DNA of 41,361 nt from Patescibacteria group bacterium (GCA_034660735.1 JAYEJQ010000056.1:1-41361); one strand, 5' to 3'; positions 1 through 7,967 are shown, numbered from the stretch's first letter. The notes: generated from the sequence alone by a model not told the origin. Program-made: numbers and translations.

Positions 1-146
1 AAAAGAAAAAAGAAAAAGAGAAGAAAAGGAAAAGTTAAAAAAACTTTTTGAAGGTCTTTTTTAAAAAGTTTTGAATTTATAAATGTTTCTGAAAATTTAT
101 TTAGTACTGGGGTAGGCGTAGTGAAAGCGAGGGTTAATAGCCCGTG

Positions 147-343
147 CCAATGCTTTGCATTGGAAATTTCAAGGACACAAGAAACAAGGACACAAATAAA
201 TTAAAAATTTCAATATCCAAATTTTAAATTGTTTGGAATTTGAGATTTGATTATTGAAATTTATTTGTAATTTGCCACCCTAATTGGTGGTCACCCGCAA
301 GGGTGATATCTTGAAATTTGGAATTTCTGCTGTAAAGCAGTGG
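147..343 (+). repeat. 23S intervening sequence (helix extension) at about E. coli position 650; contains repeat module copy 1 (164-269)
   Basis: Non-rRNA sequence between conserved gagggttaatagcccgtgcc and ggcgtgtcttataaacaagacccgaaacc. It is closed by the pairing gtgcc/ggcgtg. The 5' arm is A/C-rich and the 3' arm G/T-rich. Confidence 0.75.
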
Positions 344-741
344 CGTGTCTTATAAACAAGACCCGAAACCGGGTGATCTAACCATGGCCAGGATGAAGTC
401 CAGCGAAAGCTGTATGGAGGTCCGAACCCACTAGTCGTGCAACACTAGGGGATGAGCTGTGGCTAGCGGTGAAATTCCAATCGAACTCGGTAATAGCTGG
501 TTCTCCTCGAAATAGCTGTAGGGCTAGCCTCGGATAAATTGAAGTATGGGGGTAGAGCACTGAATGGGGCTCGGGGGAGCAATCCTACCGTCTCCAACCA
601 AACTCCGAATACCATATTTTTTACTCCGGGAGTTAGACTGTGGGGGCTAAGCTTCACAGTCAAAAGGGAAACAGCCCAGATCGCCATCTAAGGTCCCTAA
701 ATTTATACTAAGTGTGAAAAGTGGTGAGACAACTCAAACAA

Positions 742-772
<31 letters not shown>

Positions 773-870
773 TAAAGAAAGCGTAACAGCTCACTGGTCA
801 AGTCGTCTTGCGCTAAAAATGTATCGGGGCTAAGTATAATACCGAAGATGCGAGTTGATGCGAAGCATCA

Positions 871-1004
871 GAAATTTCAAAGACACAAGAAACAAGGACG
901 CAAATAAATTAAAAATTTCAATATCCAAATTTTAAATTGTTTGGAATTTGAGATTTGATTATTGAAATTTGTTTGTATCTTGTTGCTTGGAATTTGGAAT
1001 TTCT
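871..1004 (+). repeat. 23S intervening sequence in helix 45 (E. coli ~1170); contains repeat module copy 2 (872-977)
   Basis: Lies between accgaagatgcgag... and ...gcggtagaggagcattctg, the E. coli CACCGAAGCUGCGG...GGGUAGGGGAGCGUUCUG context. 872-977 matches 164-269 with 3 mismatches in 106 nt by eye. Confidence 0.8.
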
Positions 1005-1310
1005 GATGTTTTGCATCAGCGGTAGAGGAGCATTCTGTTTGCGTTGAAGCCATATCGCGAGGTATGGTGGAGCGGATAGAAGAGAGAATGTTGGCATGAG
1101 TAACATAAAGACAGGTGAGAACCCTGTCCACCGTAAGCCTAAGGTTTCCTGGGCAACGTAAATCGACCCAGGGTTAGTCGGTCCTAAGGCGAGTCTAGTG
1201 TAGTGCTAGGGTAGTCGATGGATAAGCTGGTTAATATTCCAGCACCACTTTTAAATGCTAAAAAGATGCGTGGTTTAAAAGATTAAGCATACTATGGTTT
1301 GTGTGTTTTT

Positions 1311-1447
1311 CGTGTCTCACTTTCGTTTGATACGACGTAGAATAACGTAGACTAAACGTAGATTAATGCAGAATAATAATTTATTTCTGCGTAGTTCGGC
1401 GTAAAGTCAACGTAGTTCAGCGCCGTGGCAAGCGGTAGCGAGACGCG
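1311..1447 (+). repeat. Hairpin element H, copy 1 (137 nt), inserted in the 23S domain III variable region
   Basis: cgtgtctc...gagacgcg long imperfect palindrome, near-identical to 2119-2253 and 2511-2647. Confidence 0.85.
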
Positions 1448-1643
1448 GAGAAAAGGCTGCGCTACGGCAAAGCTTATTTAATTAAATAAATTACCTAGAA
1501 AAGTTTTTTTGGCTTCAGTTTAATAGTGTCCGTACTAAAACCGACACAGGTAGGCGAGGCGAGTAGCCTCAGGTGAACGAGAGAACCTTTGTTCAGGAAC
1601 TAGGCAAAACAACGGCCGTAATTTCGAGATAAGGCCTGTCCAG

Positions 1644-1990
1644 CCAATGCTTTGCATTGGAAATTCCAAATCCAAAATCTTAAATCACAAATAAATTCAA
1701 AATTAAAAAATATTGTTATTCCGAACTTAATTCGGAATTTGCCCGATTGCCTTGCATTAATTGAGGCGGGTCTGTCATTACTATTTACTATATTATGATT
1801 AAGATAGATAAAACTTTAAATATTATAGTTTATCTTATTGAGTAGTATTTAGTCGGCGGTAAGCGCAGATCCTGAAACAAGTTCAGGATGACAGGTTTTT
1901 TAAAAAGTTTATAATTAAATATTTGAATTTTAATTATTGTAATTTATTTGGAATTTAGAATTTGTAATTTGGTGCTTCCGATGCAGAGCA
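1644..1990 (+). repeat. Large (~350 nt) 23S intervening sequence at about E. coli 1710-1750, with a nested family-A element
   Basis: Lies between conserved ggccgtaatttcgagataaggc and gactgtttagcaaaaaca. An A/C-rich arm (1663-1712) faces a G/T-rich arm (1900-1975). The 23-nt junction gccaatgctttgcattggaaatt (1643-1665) is identical to 146-168. Confidence 0.75.
1713..1893 (+). mobile_element. Family-A MITE-like palindromic element, copy A1, nested inside the 23S insertion
   Basis: Terminal hairpins ttgttattccgaacttaattcggaat and atcctgaaacaagttcaggatgaca. The internal block tgcccgattgccttgcatta...ggcgg..tctgtca.tac is shared with 38540-38585. The block actatattatgattaagat is shared with 4550-4558 and, inverted, with 5078-5096. 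Confidence 0.7.
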
Positions 1991-2118
1991 GCGGTTTGGA
2001 TCGCAGCTAAAGACCCTGAGTGACTGTTTAGCAAAAACATAGCTCCCTGCTAACTCGCAAGAGGATGTATAGGGGGTGATGCCTGGCCAGTGTCCGAACG
2101 TTAAGGAAGGGGGTTATT

Positions 2119-2253
2119 CGTGCCTCACTATCGTTTGACACGACGCAGAATAAGGCAGACTAAACGCAGACTAATGCAGAATAAATTTATTTTTGCGTAG
2201 TTCGGCGTAAAGTCAGCGTAGTTCAGCGCCGTGGCAAGCGGCAGCGAGGCGCG
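2119..2253 (+). repeat. Hairpin element H, copy 2 (135 nt), inserted in the helix 68 region (E. coli ~1860-1880)
   Basis: cgtgcctc...gaggcgcg. Flanked by conserved gtccgaacgttaaggaaggggg and gaagcgcggatgaacgccggcgataactataa. Confidence 0.85.
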
Positions 2254-2510
2254 GAGAAGCTTCTGACTGAAGCGCGGATGAACGCCGGCGATAACTATAA
2301 TCGTCCTAAGGTAGCGAAATTCCTTGTCGGGTGAGTTCCGACCTGCACGAATGGCATAACAACTTGGGGACTGTCTTAACAAAGGACTCGGTGAAATTGC
2401 AATACGAGTAAAGATGCTCGTTACCCGCGGCTGGACGAAAAGACCCCGTGAAGCTTTACTACAGCTTGATATTGGATTAGGGTTATGCATGTTCAGAATA
2501 GGTGGGAGTT

Positions 2511-2647
2511 CGCGTCTCACTATCGTTTGACACGACGCAGAATAACGTAGACTAAACGCAGACTAATGCAGAATAATAATTTATTTCTGCGTAGTTCGGC
2601 GTAAAGTCAACGTAGTTCAGTGCCGTGGCGAGCGGCAGCGAGACGCG
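2511..2647 (+). repeat. Hairpin element H, copy 3 (137 nt), in the L1-stalk region (E. coli ~2110-2180)
   Basis: cgcgtctc...gagacgcg, between conserved aataggtgggag and gagataccaccc. Confidence 0.85.
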
Positions 2648-2698
2648 GACACTAGTGAGATACCACCCTTGTATATTTTTAATCCTAACCCTGCGCCG

Positions 2699-2838
2699 TT
2701 ATTGGCTACTAAATAAAATTTTTAATTTTTAATTTTGTAATTTTATAAATAATTTTTAATGCTTAAATTTTTTAAAAATAATTTTATTTAAATGTTTAAA
2801 AATTAAAAATTATAAAATTGGAAATTTAGTATTCAATA
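2699..2838 (+). repeat. Extremely AT-rich 23S intervening sequence in the helix 79 region (E. coli ~2200-2225)
   Basis: Lies between cctaaccctgcgccg and ccggtgcgggaacagtatctggtggg. Closing stem ttattggctactaaat / atttagtattcaata. Confidence 0.7.
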
Positions 2839-3127
2839 CCGGTGCGGGAACAGTATCTGGTGGGTAGTTTGACTGGGGCAGTGACCTCCTAAAGAGTAAT
2901 GGAGGTGTTTACAAAGGTTGGCTATTCCGGGATGGAAATCCGGAAGATAGTGCAAACGCATAAGCCAGCTTTACTGCAAGATTTACAAATCGAGCAGTTG
3001 CGAAAGCAGAAGTTAGTGATCCGACCGTTCAATATAGGATGGCGGAAGCTCAACGGATAAAAGCTACTCCGGGGATAACAGGCTAGTCTGGTCCAAGAGT
3101 TCACATCGACGACCAGGTTCGGCACCT

Positions 3128-3973
3128 CAACATATCGGGGCGCCATCTCGAGTAATCGAGTAAATAAATTTGGCTTATAACGGTGGACTCCATAATTAAT
3201 TTAGCCTATAATATATATTAAATATTTAAATATATAAAATTATGGACAATACCGTGGGAAGTCTAACTCAATATCAATTATCAATCATCATTGGTTCAAT
3301 TTTAGGCGATGGATATATTAGGCAAATAAAAGGAAGAAAAGACGCTTTTTTAGAAATCAATCATTCTATAAAAGCTAAAAAATATGTAGACTGGAAATTT
3401 GACGCCTTAAAAAATATATGCAAATCACCGCCAAAACAAAGAATTATTGATGAAAGAAGAACGGCTTATCGTTTTTATACTAAACAACATAGTGAATTAA
3501 GCGCTTTGCTTAAGTTGTTTTATAAAAACAAAAGAAAGATAATACCGTCTTCATTAGTATTAAATCCGCTAATTTTAGCAGTTTGGTTTATGGACGATGG
3601 AAGCAAATCAAGAAAATATGATGTTTATCTTAATACTCAGCAATTTTCATTAAATGACCAAAAAGCACTTCTTAAAAGATTGCGTGATTTAGGACTCAGA
3701 GCAAGGTTAAACAAAGATAAAAAATATTACCGCATACGATTTTTAAAAGAGAGTATTTCTAAATTAAATGAAATTATTTCGCCTTATGTAATAGAGTCTA
3801 TGAAATACAAATTGAGTTATGACCCCGTAGAGACTTGATTTTAAAATCAGAGTTCCGCAAATGCGCGGAGCTAATACGCCAACTCCGTTTATTGATAAAA
3901 ATGGAAGAAGATATAGTCCATGCCATTAGTAATAATGGAAAGTAATTCCGAATTTACGGGATGAAATAGACAG
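3128..3973 (+). mobile_element. Group I intron in 23S rRNA, inserted after the residue equivalent to E. coli U2500 (peptidyl-transferase centre)
   Basis: Joining ...ggttcggcacct (ends 3127) to cgatgtcggctcgtcc (starts 3974) restores the conserved GGCACCUCGAUGUCGGCUC. The 5' exon ends in U and the intron ends in G (gacag). A candidate guide sequence ggggcgcc (3137-3144) can pair with ggcacct, giving a U-G wobble at the splice site. The core-like string gaagatatagtcc is at 3907-3919. An ORF sits in the intron. Confidence 0.8.
3242..3838 (+). CDS. LAGLIDADG homing endonuclease (double-motif, 198 aa), intron-encoded
   Basis: Two LAGLIDADG-type motifs: IIGSILGDGYI near the N-terminus and LAVWFMDDGS at about residue 112. 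Located inside the 23S intron. Confidence 0.85.
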   Translation: MDNTVGSLTQYQLSIIIGSILGDGYIRQIKGRKDAFLEINHSIKAKKYVDWKFDALKNICKSPPKQRIIDERRTAYRFYTKQHSELSALLKLFYKNKRKIIPSSLVLNPLILAVWFMDDGSKSRKYDVYLNTQQFSLNDQKALLKRLRDLGLRARLNKDKKYYRIRFLKESISKLNEIISPYVIESMKYKLSYDPVET

Positions 3974-4041
3974 CGATGTCGGCTCGTCCTATCCTGGGGC
4001 TGAAGAAGGTCCCAAGGGTTTGGCTGTTCGCCAATTAAAAG

Positions 4042-4085
<44 letters not shown>

Positions 4086-4208
4086 CTATCCGCCGTGGGC
4101 GTTGAAATTTGAGAAGGCGCATTCCTAGTACGAGAGGACCGGAATGCATAAACCTCTAGTGCACCAATTGTTCTACCAAGGGCATCGTTGGGTAGCTATG
4201 TTTAGTTT

Positions 4209-4241
<33 letters not shown>

Positions 4242-4498
4242 GTCTTTAAGATTAGATTTCTCAGATCTCCCAGAGACTATGGGATTGATAGGCCGTATGT
4301 GTAAGTTTGGCAACAAATTTAGCAGAGCGGTACTAATAGATCGTTTTTTTCTCCGCGCTTTTCTGTTTGAAAAGTTGTGGAACTATAAGAATGTCCAGTT
4401 TTGGCGCTCGTTAACGCGTTTATAATTTCGGATTTCAGATGTCGGATTTCAGATTTGGAATTTTGAAAATTATTTTTTATATTGATATATAAAAAACA

Positions 4499-4575
4499 TT
4501 GTCATTCTGAATTTATTTCAGAATCTGTGTTTGTAATTCACTATATTATGATTAAGATTAGTAAAATTTTAAATT
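4499..4575 (+). mobile_element. Family-A element, copy A2 (left half only) in the 23S-5S spacer
   Basis: ttgtcattctgaatttatttcagaatctgtg...cactatattatgattaagatt. No matching right terminus. Confidence 0.55.
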
Positions 4576-4687
4576 TATAATTTTAAATTTTAAATCAATT
4601 TTAAATTTTTAAATGACTAAAAATAATTTTTAAAAGATAATTTAAAATTTGTTTATTTTATTTTAATTTCATTTCAAATTAAAAATT
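4567..4687 (+). repeat. AT-rich direct repeat C, copy 1 (upstream of 5S rRNA)
   Basis: ttttaaatttataattttaaattttaaatcaa...ataatttaaaattt.tt.att...tttcatttcaaatt..aaaaatt recurs at 5289-5390. Confidence 0.6.
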
Positions 4688-4729
4688 CCAAATTCAAAAT
4701 CTCAAATTACAAATTTAATTGTTTTTAAT

Positions 4730-4840
4730 GTCTTCGTGATTTTAGCGGAAGGGGTACACCTGATCCCATCCCGAACTCAGAAGTTAAGCCTTTTAGCACC
4801 GATGATACTGCTTTGCGGGAAAGTAGGCCATTGCGGAGAC
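4730..4840 (+). rRNA. rrf: 5S rRNA
   Basis: Contains cctgatcccatcccgaactcagaagttaagcc. Helix I pairs gtcttcgtga with ttgcggagac. Confidence 0.9.
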
Positions 4841-4868
4841 TTTAAAGATAATTAAAACAGATAAAAAT

Positions 4869-4894
4869 AATGGCAATAAAAAGCCATTTTTTTA
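4869..4894 (+). terminator. Putative intrinsic terminator after 5S rRNA
   Basis: Stem aatggc/gccatt with an 8-nt loop, followed by a T7 run. Confidence 0.5.
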
Positions 4895-4983
4895 TTGACT
4901 ATTGAATAAAAATTTTGTAAGATAAAAACATAAATTTGCAATTATCAATTTGACAATTTGACAATCAATTTTTTAAATCTATA

Positions 4984-5131
4984 TTGTCATCCTGAATTTA
5001 TTTCAGGATTTATGTCTGTTATTAGTTGAATATTACTCAGCAAGACAAACTATAATATTTAAAGTTTTAATAATCTTAATCATAATATAGCGAGTAGTAA
5101 TAATAGATCCTGAAATAAATTTAGGATGACA
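4984..5131 (-). mobile_element. Family-A element, copy A3 (complete; interior inverted relative to A1)
   Basis: Termini ttgtcatcctgaatttatttcaggat and atcctgaaataaatttaggatgaca. Flanked by an A/C-rich arm (4928-4972) and a G/T-rich arm (5136-5190). Confidence 0.7.
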
Positions 5132-5197
5132 GTTTTGAAAATTTAATCATTGAAAATTTATTGCAAATTGCCAAATTGGTAATTGAAAATTAAATTT

Positions 5198-5279
5198 GGG
5201 TGGGTACCAAAGCGGTCAAATGGGGCTGACTGTAAATCAGCTGGCTTTGCCTTCGGGGGTTCGAATCCCTCCCTGCCCA
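5198..5279 (+). tRNA. tRNA-Tyr (GTA), long variable arm
   Basis: Manual cloverleaf: acceptor gggtggg/cctgccc, anticodon loop ctgtaaa, T-loop ttcgaat. Collinear with E. coli tRNA-Tyr. No encoded CCA. Confidence 0.85.
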
Positions 5280-5288
5280 CACAAATAA

Positions 5289-5390
5289 TTTTAAATTTAC
5301 AATTTTAAATTTTAAATCAATAATAATTTTTTAAAAAATAATTTAAAATTTATTCATTTAGATTTCATTTCAAATTTCAAATTAAAAATT
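5289..5390 (+). repeat. AT-rich direct repeat C, copy 2 (ends 8 nt before the secG ATG)
   Basis: See 4567-4687. Confidence 0.6.
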
Positions 5391-5397
5391 TATTTAT

Positions 5398-5613
5398 ATG
5401 ATTACTTTTTTAACCATTTTACAATTTATCACAGCCATTTTATTAATTATTGTTGTTTTATTGCAACAGAGAGGAACAGGATTGTCTGGGCTTTTTGGCG
5501 GATCAGGCGATGTGTATAAAACAAAAAGAGGCATTGAAAAAGTTTTATTTACATCTACGATTATTTTAGTAGTTTTGTTTCTCGGTTCAGGATTAGCTAT
5601 TTTAGTATTTTGA
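5398..5613 (+). CDS. secG: Preprotein translocase subunit SecG
   Basis: 71 aa, two TM segments, LLQQRGTGLSGLFGGSG signature. Confidence 0.8.
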   Translation: MITFLTILQFITAILLIIVVLLQQRGTGLSGLFGGSGDVYKTKRGIEKVLFTSTIILVVLFLGSGLAILVF

Positions 5614-5671
5614 AATTATAAAATTATTTTATAATTTTATCCAGTCAGATGATAGAGTAAATGACAAATTT

Positions 5672-7531
5672 ATGTTTGTTGTAAAAATAAAAAATTTTTT
5701 TCAAAAATTATTAAATAAAACTATAGGGAAATTTAGAGGCAAAAAACAGAAAATTCAAAATGATAGCGATTTAGACCAAAAATTAGTATCAAGATTAAAT
5801 AAAACAAAAATCCCTAATTTAATGCAACTACGTCAATTGTCGCAATTTTTGTCTATTAAAGAAAAAAAAATTATTAAAATATTATCTCTGATAATTTTTC
5901 TTTGTTTAATTTTTCAGGCAAGTTATTTTTATTTAACCCACATAAAAATTGTTCCAGCATCAGCTGGCGATTATACAGAAGGCGTAATCGGAAGTCCGCA
6001 ATATATAAACCCTATTTTTTCTTCAGTCAATGATGTTGACGCGGATTTAGCGCAATTAATATTTTCAGGATTGTTAAAATATGATAATATTACAGGAGAA
6101 TTAAAGCCTGATTTATGTAAAAGATATGAGATTAGCGAAGATTTAAAATCTTATACTTTCTTTTTGCGCGATAATTTGTTATGGCAAGATGGGGAGCCGT
6201 TAACGGTTGATGATATTGTTTTTACAGTAGAGTTGATAAAGCATCCAGAAATTGAAAAAAGTCCGCTAAGAGTAAGTTTTATTGGCGTAGATGTTGAAAA
6301 GATTGACGATAAAACAGTTAAATTTATTTTACATGAACCTTATGCTCCGTTTTTATCTATTTTAACTTTCGGCATTTTGCCAAAGCATATTTGGGAAGAA
6401 GTTAATCTTTATAATTTAAATTTAGCTGAGTATAATCTTGAACCTGTAGGCTCTGGCCCGTATAAAGTAAAGACGCGGGTAATTGACAGAAATGGAAACA
6501 TAAAATCTTATGTTTTAACTGTTAATGATGAGTATTATAGTGATAAGCCTTTTATTAAAAATTTAACATTAATTTTCTTTTCAGATTACAATGAAGCGGC
6601 AAACGCGTTAAAAACAAAATCAATTCAAGGATTAAGTTTTCCGCCGATTAACATAGAAGAAGAATTGTCTCTTAAGGGAAGCCTTAATCTGTATCCTCTA
6701 ATTTTACCAAAATATACAGCGATTTTTTTTAATCAAAATCAGAATCAATTTTTAGAAGATAAAAATATAAGAGAAGCGCTGGATTTAGCAATTGATAAAA
6801 ATAAGATTGCGCAAGTTTTAATGAGAGGAATGGCAAAACCGATTAACGGACCGATTTTATTTAATTACAAAGATTACTATCAGGAAATTTCAGAAATTGA
6901 ATTTAATATTGAAAAAAGCAAGGAATTGATAGAAAAGGCAAAATTTAAAAAAGAAGAAAATAGTGAATTTTATAAAAAGAAAATTAATGTTGACGGAGAG
7001 GTAGAAGAACAGGAGCTGTTAATATCTTTAACCTTAATTGATTCGCCGCAAAATATTGAATTAGCTGGGATGATAAAAGATTTTTGGAAAGAGATAGGAG
7101 TTAATACTGAAATTAATTTGTTAGAGATTAGCGAGATTAAAAAAGTGCGAGACGAAAGAAATTATCAAGCGATGCTTTATAGCGAAATTCTCGGATTTGA
7201 CCCAGATCCTTATCCTTTTTGGCATTCTTCGCAAGTTAGTTTTCCTGGATTAAATTTATCTGGATTTAACAATAAAGAGGCTGATAAATTATTAGAAGAC
7301 GCAAGAATTATTATAGACAAAGATATCAGAATAGAAAAATATAAAAAATTTCAGGAACTTTTAAATGAGGAAAAAACAGCGATATTTTTATTTCAGCCGA
7401 TTTACGATTATGTTATTGACAAAAATATAAAAAATGTAAAAATATCTAATATAGTTGTTCCGTCAGACCGTTTTTCCAATATTAATGAATGGTATATTAA
7501 AACAGAACGGCAATTTAGTTGGAAAAATTAA
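5672..7531 (+). CDS. ABC transporter substrate-binding protein, family 5 (peptide/nickel type), N-terminally membrane-anchored
   Basis: 619 aa. TM helix at about residues 70-90. SBP_bac_5-like blocks (GPYKV, FDPDPYPFWHSS). No permease or ATPase gene adjacent. Confidence 0.75.
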   Translation: MFVVKIKNFFQKLLNKTIGKFRGKKQKIQNDSDLDQKLVSRLNKTKIPNLMQLRQLSQFLSIKEKKIIKILSLIIFLCLIFQASYFYLTHIKIVPASAGDYTEGVIGSPQYINPIFSSVNDVDADLAQLIFSGLLKYDNITGELKPDLCKRYEISEDLKSYTFFLRDNLLWQDGEPLTVDDIVFTVELIKHPEIEKSPLRVSFIGVDVEKIDDKTVKFILHEPYAPFLSILTFGILPKHIWEEVNLYNLNLAEYNLEPVGSGPYKVKTRVIDRNGNIKSYVLTVNDEYYSDKPFIKNLTLIFFSDYNEAANALKTKSIQGLSFPPINIEEELSLKGSLNLYPLILPKYTAIFFNQNQNQFLEDKNIREALDLAIDKNKIAQVLMRGMAKPINGPILFNYKDYYQEISEIEFNIEKSKELIEKAKFKKEENSEFYKKKINVDGEVEEQELLISLTLIDSPQNIELAGMIKDFWKEIGVNTEINLLEISEIKKVRDERNYQAMLYSEILGFDPDPYPFWHSSQVSFPGLNLSGFNNKEADKLLEDARIIIDKDIRIEKYKKFQELLNEEKTAIFLFQPIYDYVIDKNIKNVKISNIVVPSDRFSNINEWYIKTERQFSWKN

Positions 7532-7535
7532 TTTT

Positions 7536-7609
7536 GGACGATTAGCTCAGTTGGCTAGAGCGCTTCGTTTACACCGAAGAAGTCGTAGGTTCGAGTCCTA
7601 CATCGTCCA
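7536..7609 (+). tRNA. tRNA-Val (TAC)
   Basis: Manual cloverleaf: ggacgat/atcgtcc acceptor, anticodon loop tttacac, ggttcgagtcc T-arm. Confidence 0.9.
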
Positions 7610-7620
7610 CTTTTTTAATT

Positions 7621-7787
7621 TTTTGAATTACGAAACACAAAAAATTTTGTCATTCTGAGGCGATAGCCGAAGCCACGCCTCGCGGGTGGAAATGATTTTA
7701 AAATAATCTAATTAGCATTAAAGCAGATTTTTCGCTCCCGATGGTCGCTCAGAATGACATGATTTTTGCATTTCGTAATTCAAGGTA
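7621..7787. mobile_element. Family-A related palindromic element, copy A4 (core 7647-7759)
   Basis: ttgtcattctgag...ctcagaatgaca termini. Outer inverted flanks ttttgaattacgaaacacaaaaaa / tttttgcatttcgtaattcaa. The left flank matches the left flank of A5 (20298-20322). Confidence 0.65.
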
Positions 7788-7811
7788 ATTTAAAATTTAA
7801 AATTGATTTTT

Positions 7812-7870
7812 GGGGACGTAGCTCAGTTGGTTAGAGCGCTCCGTAGTCCTACGGAGAGGTCGCCGGTGGT
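7812..7870 (+). pseudogene. Truncated tRNA-Asp-like copy (5' acceptor, D-arm, altered anticodon arm, variable loop, 5' T-stem only)
   Basis: The acceptor/D-arm segment (7812-7838) differs at two acceptor positions, and the variable-loop/5' T-stem segment matches, the tRNA-Asp 23 nt downstream. The anticodon arm is replaced by ctccgtagtcctacggag (7-bp stem, 4-nt loop). The 3' T-stem and 3' acceptor strand are missing. Confidence 0.7.
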
Positions 7871-7893
7871 TTATCATTACAATTTATTTTTAT

Positions 7894-7967
7894 GGGGGCG
7901 TAGCTCAGTTGGTTAGAGCGTCTGCCTGTCACGCAGAAGGTCGCCGGTTCGAGCCCGGTCGTCCCCG
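7894..7967 (+). tRNA. tRNA-Asp (GTC)
   Basis: Manual cloverleaf: gggggcg/cgtcccc, anticodon loop ctgtcac, T-arm gccggttcgagcccggt. Confidence 0.9.

Noticed and set aside
1311-2647. The three regularly recurring ~136-nt repeats as a possible CRISPR array
   Set aside because: The repeats are far too long, are themselves long palindromes, are separated by conserved 23S rRNA sequence of unequal length, and no cas genes are nearby.
4400-5400. AT-rich aaattt/caaatt periodic tracts as tandem repeats or a CRISPR-like array
   Set aside because: There is no fixed repeat unit or spacer structure. They resolve into long-range inverted arms and one large direct repeat.
5398-5613. Possibility of an alternative genetic code (UGA recoded, as in some CPR-related lineages)
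   Set aside because: secG and ilvB terminate at TGA at the expected protein lengths, and no conserved gene shows in-frame TGA. The standard code fits.
7455-7658. 67-aa plus-strand ORF
   Set aside because: It overlaps the end of the solute-binding protein gene in another frame and reads straight through tRNA-Val.
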